From assembly GCA_029009035.1 (NCBI GenBank), contig JAQXJQ010000144.1:1-33516 (forward strand): a stretch of 33,516 bases of DNA. Reading direction: 5' to 3'. The notes below the pieces were generated by a model. The model was not told the DNA's origin, made no database searches, and saw only the letters and a program-made list of their open reading frames with translations. Both the position numbers and the translations under genes were made by a program. The first letter of the stretch is position 1, and the number at the start of each line of letters is the position of its first letter. The stretch comes from Oscillospiraceae bacterium (lineage in GTDB: Bacteria; Bacillota; Clostridia; Oscillospirales; Oscillospiraceae). Shown in pieces: positions 1 through 8,725 of this stretch.

Positions 1-554
1 GCCACCGTGTCCTTCACCAGTTTGACCTGCACCGGGGCGGGGGAGAGGTCAGCCAGGGAAATCTCCCGCAGCTTCAGCCGGTACCGCCCGGCCTGGTCAA
101 ACTGGGAGAGGATGATGGGAACGGCTTCCCGCAGGGCCACGATCTGGGCCGCCGCTTCCCCCACCAGGAGATCCCCCACCTTTTCCCGGGTCAGGCCAAT
201 GCCCATGAGGCCCCCCAGAATGTCCCGGTGGGACAGCTCCGCCCCCGGCGGGAAGGCGGCCTCCACAGCCCCCAGCTCCTCCGAGGCGTCCCAATCCTCC
301 GGCTCCTGCCAATCGGGGAGAAAGGCGCACACGGTGCGCTCCGCCCCCTCATACCCGCCGCAGAACAGGCATTTCGGGTGCCCGCAGTGTGCCAGCAGCG
401 GCTCCACGGCAGCCCGCTGGGCCGGGGTGAGAAACTGGGTCACACAGGGGATGGAGCGGCTCTGCGCCCGCTCCATCCGGTCCAATACCCGGGCCAGCAC
501 CAACCGCTCCTCCGGGTCTTTGGAGAATTTGTTTAAAAGCTCGGTCTTATTCAT
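1..554 (-). CDS. ylmH: YlmH/Sll1252-family RNA-binding protein (S4 domain expected beyond the window edge), 3' end truncated by window
   Basis: Not in the ORF track because it runs off the edge. My translation from ATG 554 gives MNKTELLNKFSKDPEERLVLARVLDRM...GGYEGAERTVCAF...LSHRDILGGLMGIGLTREKVGDLLV...VKDTVA, with the YlmH motifs GGYxxAER and SHRDxLGxLMxxGxxRExxGD. The start overlaps the ABC gene stop (CATGAATAA). Confidence 0.85.
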   Translation of the reverse strand, partial: MNKTELLNKFSKDPEERLVLARVLDRMERAQSRSIPCVTQFLTPAQRAAVEPLLAHCGHPKCLFCGGYEGAERTVCAFLPDWQEPEDWDASEELGAVEAAFPPGAELSHRDILGGLMGIGLTREKVGDLLVGEAAAQIVALREAVPIILSQFDQAGRYRLKLREISLADLSPAPVQVKLVKDTV

Positions 555-2301
555 GGGCACTCACGCTCTTCTGGGCGTTGTAAAGCCGGGCATACTCCCC
601 GCCGGCGGCCAACAGCTGCTCATGGGTGCCCTCCTCCACGATGCGGTTGTCGTCCACCACGATGATGCGGTGGGCGCTGCGGATGGTGGACAGGCGGTGG
701 GCGATGATGATGGTGGTGCGGCCACGGGCCAGCTCGTCAAAGGCGCTCTGGATGCGGGCCTCGGTGACCGAGTCCAGGGCGGAGGTGGCCTCATCCAAGA
801 TCAGGATGGGGGGATTTTTCAGGAAGATGCGGGCGATGGAGATGCGCTGCTTCTGCCCGCCGGAGAGCATGACCCCCCGCTCGCCCACATAGGTATCAAA
901 CCCGTCGGGCATGGCCATGATGTCGTCGTAGATCTCCGCCCTCCGGGCGGCCTCCACGATCTCGGCCTCGGTGGCGTCGGGCTTGCCGTAGCGGATATTG
1001 TCCAGCACGGTGCCCGCAAAGAGGAACACGTCCTGCTGCACGATGCCGATGCTGCGGCGCAGGGAGTGCTGCTTCACATCCCGCACATCCCTGCCGTCCA
1101 CCAAAATCCGTCCGCCGGTGACATCGTAAAATCGGGGGATGAGCTGGCACAGGGTGGATTTTCCGCCGCCGGAGGGGCCAACCACCGCCAGGGTCTCGCC
1201 GGCCTCCACATGGATGGACACATGGTCCAGCACCTCCTCCCCCTCGTCATAGTGGAAGCAGACGTCGTCAATGAGGATGTCGCCCCTGGCGGTATCCATC
1301 TCCACCGCGCCCTCCCGGTCCCGCACCGCAGGCTCCATGCGCATGATCTCTACAAAGCGCTTGAAGCCCGCCATGCCGTTGAGATACTGCTCCACAAAGG
1401 CGGAGAGCTTGCGGATGGGACTCAGAAAGGTGGAGATGTACAGGGAGAAGGTCACCAGATCCACCAGGGTCATCTCGCCCCGCATGATATAATAGCCGCC
1501 CATGCCCACCGCCAGCACATTCATCACCGGCAGGGCAAACTCCAGCCCGGAGTGGTAGATGGCCATGGCCTTGTAATAGCCGCGCTTGGCCCCCTTGAAC
1601 CGCTCGTTGGAAGCACCGAACTTGGCGCTCTCCTCCCCCTCGTTGGCGAAGGCTTTGGCGGTGCGCATCCCGGAGATGGAGGACTCCAGCTGGCCGTTGA
1701 TGCCCGCCATGGTCTGCTTCACCTCCGAAGAGGCATCCATCATGCGCCGGCGCTGGAGAATGGTGAAGAGGGCGAACACAGGCACCACGGCAAAGACGAT
1801 GAGGGCCAGACGCCAATGGATGGACAGCATGAAGCACAGCGCGCCCACCAGCGTCACCACGGAAATGAGCAGATCCTCCGGCCCGTGGTGGGACAGCTCC
1901 GTGATCTCAAAGAGGTCGGTGGTGGCCCGGCTCATGAGCTGGCCGGTACGGTTCTTGTCAAAGAAGGAGAAGGACATATCCTGCATATGGCCAAAGAGGT
2001 CCCGGCGCATATCCGCCTCCAGCCGCACGCCCATCATGTGGCCCAGATAGGTGACCACAAACTGCATCAGCGCCCGAAGGCCGTAGAACACCAGCAGCAG
2101 CGCCATGACGGCGAAAAACGCGCCGAACATATTTTTGGGCAGCAGCTCGTTGAGGGCCAGACGGCTGCCGAAGGGGAAGATCAGGTCTACGGCGGAAATG
2201 CCCACGGCGCAGATCATATCCAGAATAAACAGCTTCAGGTGGGGCTTATAATAAGAGCAGAAGATGCGCAGATATCCCCTTTGAAAGCGTTGATTTTCCA
2301 T
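547..2301 (-). CDS. ABC exporter, fused TMD+NBD (MsbA/Sav1866/YwjA-like)
   Basis: N-terminal TM helices, Walker A GPSGGGKST, signature LSGGQKQR, Walker B ILILDEATS, H-loop IAHRLS. Start set at ATG 2301 (MENQRF) behind an AAGGAG RBS. Confidence 0.93.
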   Translation of the reverse strand: MENQRFQRGYLRIFCSYYKPHLKLFILDMICAVGISAVDLIFPFGSRLALNELLPKNMFGAFFAVMALLLVFYGLRALMQFVVTYLGHMMGVRLEADMRRDLFGHMQDMSFSFFDKNRTGQLMSRATTDLFEITELSHHGPEDLLISVVTLVGALCFMLSIHWRLALIVFAVVPVFALFTILQRRRMMDASSEVKQTMAGINGQLESSISGMRTAKAFANEGEESAKFGASNERFKGAKRGYYKAMAIYHSGLEFALPVMNVLAVGMGGYYIMRGEMTLVDLVTFSLYISTFLSPIRKLSAFVEQYLNGMAGFKRFVEIMRMEPAVRDREGAVEMDTARGDILIDDVCFHYDEGEEVLDHVSIHVEAGETLAVVGPSGGGKSTLCQLIPRFYDVTGGRILVDGRDVRDVKQHSLRRSIGIVQQDVFLFAGTVLDNIRYGKPDATEAEIVEAARRAEIYDDIMAMPDGFDTYVGERGVMLSGGQKQRISIARIFLKNPPILILDEATSALDSVTEARIQSAFDELARGRTTIIIAHRLSTIRSAHRIIVVDDNRIVEEGTHEQLLAAGGEYARLYNAQKSVSAHE

Positions 2302-2334
2302 AACAACGGCTCCTTTTTGTATCATTAAAAAAGT

Positions 2335-2363
2335 ATTATACCCAACTGATTTGGGCTTGTCAA
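2335..2363 (-). promoter_or_regulatory. Perfect sigma-A promoter for the ABC-ylmH unit
   Basis: Minus strand TTGACA (2363-2358), 17 nt, TATAAT (2340-2335). Confidence 0.85.
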
Positions 2364-2386
2364 ATCCATCCCGGAGGTCTTATAAT
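2357..2386 (+). promoter_or_regulatory. Sigma-A promoter for the AEC-ytvI-comEC-holA-rnmV unit
   Basis: TTGTCA (2357-2362), 18 nt, TATAAT (2381-2386), about 40 nt before ATG 2426. Confidence 0.7.
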
Positions 2387-2425
2387 GCTGGTGTACAAAC
2401 ATTTCCCGAAAGAGAGGCCCAAGCA

Positions 2426-3352
2426 ATGATCCACAGTCTGGTGGTGGTGGGAGGCAGCGTGCTGACGCTGTTTCTGATCATGTCCGTCGGTTTTATCCTT
2501 GCCAAAAAGCAATTAATGGGCGAAAAGACCCTGTCCCAGCTGTCCACCCTGCTGCTCAGCGTGGTGGCTCCCGCGCTGGTCATCGACTGTTTTCAGGTGG
2601 AGCGCACCGCCGACGCGGTGCGGGAGCTGCTCATCGCCGCCGCCGCGCTGGCGGGCACCTACGCCCTTTACATCATCCTCGCCCGTTTCCTCTTCCGCCG
2701 CGCGCCGGAGCAGGCCCGGGGCGTGCTGCGCTTCGCCGTCATCTACGGCAACACCGGGTTCATGGGCGTCCCCCTCATCCAGGCCACCTTGGGCAGCGAG
2801 GCCATGCTGGCCACGGTGGTGTCTCTGGTGGTGTTCAATGTGCTGGTGTGGACCCAGGGGATCAGCCTCATCGGCGGCAAAGGTCACCGTGTGGGCCTCA
2901 AAAAGGTCCTGCTGAACCCCGCGGTCATCGGCTTTGTCATCGCCCTCGTCCTCTATGCCACCGGCTTTGCCCTCCCCGGCCCCGTGGCCTCCGCCGTCCA
3001 CTATGTGGGCAATCTGAACACCCCCCTGGCCATGATCGTCATTGGCGGGCAGATGGCCGGCGCCGACTTCAGAAAGGTCATCCGTGACCGCCGTTTGTAT
3101 GCCGCGTCGGCCCTCAAGCTCATCGGCGTGCCGGTCCTCACCGCCCTGGTGCTGCTGCCCTTCTCCATCTCCCCCCTCACCTATTCCGCCGTTGTCATCC
3201 TGTCCGCCTGTCCCACGGCGGGTGCCACCGGCCTGTTCAGCCAGATGCTGGGCAAGGACACCGAGCTGGCCGCGGGACAGGTCACTCTGTCCACCCTGCT
3301 GTGCATCGTCACCCTGCCCATCATGGCGGCGCTGGCCCAGGCGCTGGCCTGA
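2426..3352 (+). CDS. AEC (auxin efflux carrier)-family membrane transporter
   Basis: About 10 hydrophobic segments and the motifs YGNTGFMGVPLI, LNPAVIG, NTPLAMIVIG, ACPTA, STLLCIVTLP. ATG 2426 follows a GAGG RBS. Confidence 0.88.
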   Translation: MIHSLVVVGGSVLTLFLIMSVGFILAKKQLMGEKTLSQLSTLLLSVVAPALVIDCFQVERTADAVRELLIAAAALAGTYALYIILARFLFRRAPEQARGVLRFAVIYGNTGFMGVPLIQATLGSEAMLATVVSLVVFNVLVWTQGISLIGGKGHRVGLKKVLLNPAVIGFVIALVLYATGFALPGPVASAVHYVGNLNTPLAMIVIGGQMAGADFRKVIRDRRLYAASALKLIGVPVLTALVLLPFSISPLTYSAVVILSACPTAGATGLFSQMLGKDTELAAGQVTLSTLLCIVTLPIMAALAQALA

Positions 3353-3391
3353 CAGCCGATCCTCCCCATGCCCGAGAAAGGAGCCCATATC

Positions 3392-4555
3392 ATGGATCAC
3401 GATCTCTTATCCTGGCCGGAGCGCGGCCGCCTCTGGCTGCGTCTGGGCATCCGGGTGCTCCTCACCGTGGCCGCCGTTCTCCTGGTGGTCTACGGGGTGA
3501 TCCCCCTGGTGTACCTGCTGCTCCCCTTTGTGCTGGGGCTCGTGGTAGCATGGGTGCTCAACCCCGCGGTGCGCTGGCTGCAGCGCAGGCTCTCCATCTC
3601 CCGCAAGGTGATCTCCCTGGTGGTCATCGCCCTCATCTTCTGTATTTTGGGCGGCGCCCTCTTCGGCCTTTTATGGGCGGCGGTCAGCGAGGTGCGTAAC
3701 CTCTTCATCAACTGGGACGCGGTGACCGACGCCTTCCTCGCCATGCTGAGCAACGTGAACGGCTGGATCGAAGGGCTGGCCCGCTTCCTCCCCGATGGGG
3801 TGAACCTCAGTCTGGACAGTCTGTTCACCTCCCTGGCCGGATGGGTGCAGAGTCTGGACATCTCCGGATGGCTGACAAATCTCGCCGGCAGGGCGCCCTC
3901 GCTGGTGTCCGGCGTGTCCGGCTTCGTGGTGGGCGTCATCGTGTTCCTCATGGCCAGCTACTTCATCACCGGCGACTACCCCCGCCTCCGCTTCCTGATC
4001 ACCGACCGGATGCCCGCCGATGTGCGGAAGTTCTGGGGCTCGGTGCGCACCATCTTCATGGAGGCCTTCGGCGGCTATCTCAAAAGCCAGCTCATCCTCA
4101 CCCTGGGCGTGTTCGTGATCCTCTCCGTGGGCTTTACCGTCACCGGCCAGTCCTACGGCCTGGTGCTGGCGGGCACCCTGTCGGTGCTGGACTTCATCCC
4201 CATCATCGGCTCGGGCACCGTCATGGTGCCCTGGATGGTCATTGACATCATCACCGGCGAATACGGCCACGCCGTGGGCTTCGCCGTCATCTGGGGCCTG
4301 GTGGTCCTCTTCCGCCGGGTGGCGGAGCCAAAGATCCTGGGCGATCAGACCGGCCTGTCCCCCATCCTGTCCCTGCTGGGCATCTACGCCGGTATGCGTC
4401 TGGGCGGCGTGCCCGGCATGATCGTGGGCCCGCTGCTCATTCTGGTGTGCATCAATCTGGCCAAGCTGGGCATTTTCCGCCCCGTGGCCAACGACCTCAC
4501 CCTGGCCTTCCACGACGTGCGGGCCATCCTGCGGCAGGACCAAAAGAAAAGCTGA
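3392..4555 (+). CDS. ytvI: AI-2E family transporter / YtvI-like integral membrane protein
   Basis: LLPFVLG..A..LNP, GGYLKSQL, DFIPIIGSG..PW, R..EPKILG...GLSP, G..GMIVGP. AAGGAG RBS before ATG 3392. Confidence 0.8.
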   Translation: MDHDLLSWPERGRLWLRLGIRVLLTVAAVLLVVYGVIPLVYLLLPFVLGLVVAWVLNPAVRWLQRRLSISRKVISLVVIALIFCILGGALFGLLWAAVSEVRNLFINWDAVTDAFLAMLSNVNGWIEGLARFLPDGVNLSLDSLFTSLAGWVQSLDISGWLTNLAGRAPSLVSGVSGFVVGVIVFLMASYFITGDYPRLRFLITDRMPADVRKFWGSVRTIFMEAFGGYLKSQLILTLGVFVILSVGFTVTGQSYGLVLAGTLSVLDFIPIIGSGTVMVPWMVIDIITGEYGHAVGFAVIWGLVVLFRRVAEPKILGDQTGLSPILSLLGIYAGMRLGGVPGMIVGPLLILVCINLAKLGIFRPVANDLTLAFHDVRAILRQDQKKS

Positions 4556-4597
4556 CCCCCGAAAAAACGGTAAACCCGAGAGGAGGCGAGGGCCGGG

Positions 4598-6907
4598 ATG
4601 CGAAAGCTGGCTTGGTTTGCAGGCGGCTTCGCCGCGGCCTGCCTCCTCTCTTGCCTGTCCTTCGGCGGCGCCGGCGCCGCCGCTGTGTGCGCCCTGTTCG
4701 CCCTCGCCATGGCCCTCCCCCTCCGCCGCCTGCCCAAAAGGCTGTTCGAGCTTTTTCGCCGGGGCGCGGTGCTCTGTCTGGGCGGCGCCCTGGCCTTCCT
4801 CTGGTGCGTGGGCTATTCCGCCCTGTTCCGCGCCCCCGCCGAAGCCCTGGCGGGGACCGCCCCCACCCTCACCGGCGAGGTGACCTCCTACCCGGAGTCC
4901 AACGCCATCGGCGGATACAGCCTCATGTTCCGCCCCGACGGCGGTCTGCGCTCCCCCGACATTCAACTCAACGTCTCCCCGGACTGGGGCGGACTCACCC
5001 CCGGCGACCGGGTATCCTGCACGCCGCGGCTCGTCTGCGCCGACAAGCTGTTCGGCGAGGAGACCTTTTACTACACCGCCCGGGGCGTATATCTGCTGGG
5101 CTACTGCCACGAACCCCCTCACCTTCTCTCCCGGGGCGGCGACCCTCTGCGCTATCTGCCCCAGCGGTGCGCCCGCGCGCTGAAGCGGGGCATTGATGCC
5201 GCCTTTGACAGCCAAAGCGCCCCTCTGGCCGCGGCGGTCTGTCTGGGCGACACCGACGCTCTGTCCGAGGGCGCCTACTCCGACCTCAGCCGGGCAGGAC
5301 TGCTGCACACAACGGCGGTGTCCGGAATGCACATCAGCTTTCTCAGCGCACTGGGGCTTTTCCTGTGCCGGGGGCGGCGGAAGGCCGCCGTCGCCCTCAT
5401 CCCCCTGCTGCTGTTTTATGCCCTGATGACCGGCGCCTCCCCCTCCGCCGTCCGCGCCGTCATCATGCAGTGCGCCCTGCTCTCCGCGCCCCTGGCCCGT
5501 CGGGAGGCCGACCCGCCCACCTCTCTGGGCCTTGCGGCCCTCATTTTGCTCCTGCTCAACCCATTTTCCGCCGCCGGCACCGGGCTGCAGCTGTCCTTTT
5601 GCGCGGTGGCGGGCATTCTCCTCTGCTCCGCCCGGCTGAGCCGGGCCATGATCCGGCCCGTCTCCTTCCGCCTGCGAAACAGCGGACGGATGGGCCGCAT
5701 CCTTCTCGCCCTCTACCGGTTCGCGGCGGTGAACATCGCGGTGACCCTGGGCGCCATGGTCTTTACCCTGCCCCTCTCCTGCCTCCGCTTCGGCCGCATC
5801 TCCCTCTGCGCGCCCCTCTCGGTGCTGCTCACCCAGTGGGCGGTGACCGCGCTCATGGTGGGGGCGCTGTTCGTGGGCGGGCTTGCCGCCCTGCTCCCCG
5901 GGGCAATGGTCATCCCGGGGCAGGTGTTCGGCCTGTTGGCCCGCTACATCCTTTGGGTCAGCCGGGTGGTGAGCGCATGGCGCTTTTCCGGCATCACCGC
6001 GGACAATCTCTACTTCCGCCTATGGCTGGCGGCGGTCTACCTGCTTCTCGCCGCCGCACTGCTGGGCCGCTCCCTCCGCCGGGGACTGGCGGTCATCCCC
6101 TGCGCGGCGGCACTTCTTGCCCTTTGCGTGGCGCTCAACGCCCGCAGTGTGGGGCGCAGCGACCTCACCGTCACCGCCCTGGATGTGGGTCAGGGCGCCG
6201 CCGCCCTGTTTTTCAGCGGCGGAGACGCCGTGCTGGTGGACTGCGGCGGAAACGTATCCCTCAATGCCGGCGACCTGGCGGCGGACCATCTGGCCTCCAT
6301 GGGCAAAAAGCGGCTGGACGCTCTGATCTTCACCCATCTGGACGCGGACCACTGCAACGGCGCGTCCCAGCTCTTCCGCCGGTTGGAGGTGGGGGCGGTC
6401 TATTATCCCGCGCAATGGGAGAGCTCCGAACACTTTCCCACGCTGCGCTCCCTTGCCGCCCGGGCGGGCACGCCTCTCATCCCCATTTCCGGGGAAATCC
6501 TCTCCCTCCCCGCCGGCAAGGCGCGGTTTACCCTCTATCCCGCCCTGAGCGCGGACCTCTCCAACGAGGCGGGCCTCTTCGTGCTGTGCGAGCTGGGGCA
6601 GTTCCGCGTCCTGGCCACCGGCGACGCCGACGCCGACACCGAGCATCTGCAGCTCAAATATCACCCCCTGCCCGATATTGACCTTCTGCTGGTGGGGCAC
6701 CACGGCGCCTCCCGCTCCACGGGCGGGGAGCTGCTGGATGCCCTTCGTCCCGAACTTGCCGTCATCTCCGTGGGCTACAACGCCTACGGCCACCCCTCCG
6801 GCGAGACCCTCCTGCGGCTTCAGCAAAGCGGCTGCGCCGTCTACCGCACCGACCTTGCAGGCAATGTCACCGTTTCCGTGAAGGACGGTCTGGTCCGCAC
6901 ACCCTGA
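4598..6907 (+). CDS. comEC: ComEC/Rec2 DNA-uptake channel with C-terminal metallo-beta-lactamase domain
   Basis: Competence domain AGLLHTTAVSGMHIS, SPSAVRA, LQLSF. MBL motifs DVGQG, THLDADH, GHHGAS, NAYGHP. Lies directly upstream of holA, the usual Firmicute arrangement. Confidence 0.92.
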   Translation: MRKLAWFAGGFAAACLLSCLSFGGAGAAAVCALFALAMALPLRRLPKRLFELFRRGAVLCLGGALAFLWCVGYSALFRAPAEALAGTAPTLTGEVTSYPESNAIGGYSLMFRPDGGLRSPDIQLNVSPDWGGLTPGDRVSCTPRLVCADKLFGEETFYYTARGVYLLGYCHEPPHLLSRGGDPLRYLPQRCARALKRGIDAAFDSQSAPLAAAVCLGDTDALSEGAYSDLSRAGLLHTTAVSGMHISFLSALGLFLCRGRRKAAVALIPLLLFYALMTGASPSAVRAVIMQCALLSAPLARREADPPTSLGLAALILLLLNPFSAAGTGLQLSFCAVAGILLCSARLSRAMIRPVSFRLRNSGRMGRILLALYRFAAVNIAVTLGAMVFTLPLSCLRFGRISLCAPLSVLLTQWAVTALMVGALFVGGLAALLPGAMVIPGQVFGLLARYILWVSRVVSAWRFSGITADNLYFRLWLAAVYLLLAAALLGRSLRRGLAVIPCAAALLALCVALNARSVGRSDLTVTALDVGQGAAALFFSGGDAVLVDCGGNVSLNAGDLAADHLASMGKKRLDALIFTHLDADHCNGASQLFRRLEVGAVYYPAQWESSEHFPTLRSLAARAGTPLIPISGEILSLPAGKARFTLYPALSADLSNEAGLFVLCELGQFRVLATGDADADTEHLQLKYHPLPDIDLLLVGHHGASRSTGGELLDALRPELAVISVGYNAYGHPSGETLLRLQQSGCAVYRTDLAGNVTVSVKDGLVRTP

Positions 6908-6922
6908 GAAAAGAGGAATGTT

Positions 6923-7975
6923 ATGCCCCCCAAGACAAAGACCGACAACACCGCCCTGCGGGAGCTGAAGCACGCGCTGCGCGGCGGTACTCCCGGCCGG
7001 CTCTACCTCTTCCACGGGGAGGAGGCCTACCTGCGGGAGTATTATCTGGGCGAGCTGAAAAAGGCGCTGCTCCCCGAAGGGCTGGAGGATTTCAACCTCC
7101 ACACCGCCCAGGGGAAGGAGTGCTCCGCGGCCTGGATCGAGCAGGCGGTGAACTGCCTGCCCATGATGAGCAGCCGCACCCTGGTGCAGGTGACGGATTT
7201 CGACCTGTTCTCCCAGAGCGAAAAGGACCGGGAGCTGCTCTGCAGCCTGCTGTGTGACCTGCCGGAGTACTGCTGCCTGGTGTTTGTGTACGACCTGCTG
7301 CCCTACAAGGCGGACGGACGCTCCAAGCTGGCCGCCGCCTTCAAAAGCCACGGCGCCGTGGTGGATTTCCAGCGGCAGGAGCAGGGTGACCTCACCGACT
7401 GGATCTGCCGCCGGTTCAAGGCCGCCGGACACACCATCGACACCGAGGACGCCCGCTACCTCATCTTCCTGTGCGGCGACCTCATGACCAATCTGGCCTC
7501 GGAGATCGGCAAGATCGCCGCCTACGCCTCCGCCCAGCGGGTCACCCGCGCCGACATCGACGCCGTGGCCATCCCCCAGATCGACGCGGTGGTCTTTCAG
7601 ATGACCGACGCCATGGCCCACAAGAACTTTGAAAAGGCCTCCGCCGTGCTGGCCGACCTGCTCCACGCCCAGGAGCCGGGGGTCATGATCCTGTCGGTGA
7701 TGGGCAAGTACTTCCGCCAGCTCTACACCGCCCGGCTCTATCTGGACCGGGGCAAGGGACGCGCGGAATTCATGGCCCTGTGGAACATGAAAAACTCCTA
7801 CCCCGCCGACAAGCTGCTGGACGCGGCCAAGGGCTTCTCCCTGGTGTGGTGCCGCCACGCGGTGCAGCGCTGCAGCGAGACGGAGCTTGCCCTCAAGTCC
7901 AGCTACGGGCAGGACCGGGAGCTGCTGGTCTCCCTGCTCATGGAGCTGGCGGCGGGACGGAGGGCCATCCGATGA
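6923..7975 (+). CDS. holA: DNA polymerase III subunit delta
   Basis: LYLFHGEEAYL, DFN, LPMMS..LV, LASEIGKI motifs; 350 aa; comEC-holA synteny. Confidence 0.9.
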   Translation: MPPKTKTDNTALRELKHALRGGTPGRLYLFHGEEAYLREYYLGELKKALLPEGLEDFNLHTAQGKECSAAWIEQAVNCLPMMSSRTLVQVTDFDLFSQSEKDRELLCSLLCDLPEYCCLVFVYDLLPYKADGRSKLAAAFKSHGAVVDFQRQEQGDLTDWICRRFKAAGHTIDTEDARYLIFLCGDLMTNLASEIGKIAAYASAQRVTRADIDAVAIPQIDAVVFQMTDAMAHKNFEKASAVLADLLHAQEPGVMILSVMGKYFRQLYTARLYLDRGKGRAEFMALWNMKNSYPADKLLDAAKGFSLVWCRHAVQRCSETELALKSSYGQDRELLVSLLMELAAGRRAIR

Positions 7976-8571
7976 AACGCATCCGCGAGGCCATTCTGGT
8001 GGAAGGCCGCTATGACAAAAACACCCTGTCCCAGGTGGTGGACGCCGTCATTCTGGAGACCTCCGGCTTCGGCATCTTCAAGGATGAACAGCGTCTGGCC
8101 CTGCTGCGCAGGCTGGCGGAAAAGCAGGGGCTCATCGTCCTCACCGACTCCGACGGCGCGGGCTTTGTCATCCGCAATTACATCCGCGGCGCCATCCCCC
8201 CGGAGCAGGTGAAGCACGCCTACATCCCCGATGTGTACGGCAAGGAGCGGCGCAAGCGCGCGCCCGGCAAGGAGGGCAAGCTGGGGGTGGAGGGCATGAA
8301 GCCCCAGGTGCTGCTGGACGCCCTGATGCGGGCCGGCGCCACCGTGGAGGGGGAGGAGACCGCCGCCCCCCGGGGGGAGCTCACCCCCGCCGACCTCTAC
8401 CTGCTGGGGCTGACCGGCCGGCCGGACTCTGCCGAGCGCCGCGCCCGCCTGCTCAAAACCCTGGACCTGCCCGGGCACCTCAGCGCCAAGGCCCTGCTCA
8501 CCGTGCTCAACGCCCTCTATACCGGAGAGGAACTGGAGGAGCTTCTGAAACACATGGCCGACGCATCATAA
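7972..8571 (+). CDS. rnmV: Ribonuclease M5-like Toprim protein (DUF4093 C-terminus)
   Basis: EAILVEGRYD, LTDSDGAGFVIR, LGVEG, DLYLLGLTG..S..RR. ATGA overlap with the holA stop. Confidence 0.8.
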   Translation: MKRIREAILVEGRYDKNTLSQVVDAVILETSGFGIFKDEQRLALLRRLAEKQGLIVLTDSDGAGFVIRNYIRGAIPPEQVKHAYIPDVYGKERRKRAPGKEGKLGVEGMKPQVLLDALMRAGATVEGEETAAPRGELTPADLYLLGLTGRPDSAERRARLLKTLDLPGHLSAKALLTVLNALYTGEELEELLKHMADAS

Positions 8572-8608
8572 ACATGTCTCCCGCCGAAAAATCGGCGGGA
8601 GACATGTT
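8571..8608 (+). terminator. 17-bp perfect hairpin, probable terminator of the comEC-holA-rnmV unit
   Basis: AACATGTCTCCCGCCGA-AAAA-TCGGCGGGAGACATGTT directly after the stop codon; only a weak AT-rich tail. Confidence 0.7.
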
Positions 8609-8625
8609 ATTATGTCCCAAACTCC

Positions 8626-8654
8626 TTGTGTTTCCGAAAAAACTCTGCTATAAT
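8626..8654 (+). promoter_or_regulatory. Sigma-A promoter (extended -10) of gdpP-rplI-dnaB
   Basis: TTGTGT (8626-8631), 17 nt, TATAAT (8649-8654) preceded by TGC. Confidence 0.7.
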
Positions 8655-8725
8655 GATACATCTATTATAATGCAAAAATGCGTTTATACGCCCTTGGGCG
8701 TTCAAGACCTGAAAGGAGTGACCAT

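Noticed and set aside
7-2328. 773-aa plus-strand ORF and similar long antisense ORFs (8702-10447, 13831-16383, 17730-19838, 22987-24903, 28841-32179)
   Set aside because: They are shadows of well-supported genes on the other strand. High GC3 codon bias removes antisense stops, and they have no RBS or motifs.
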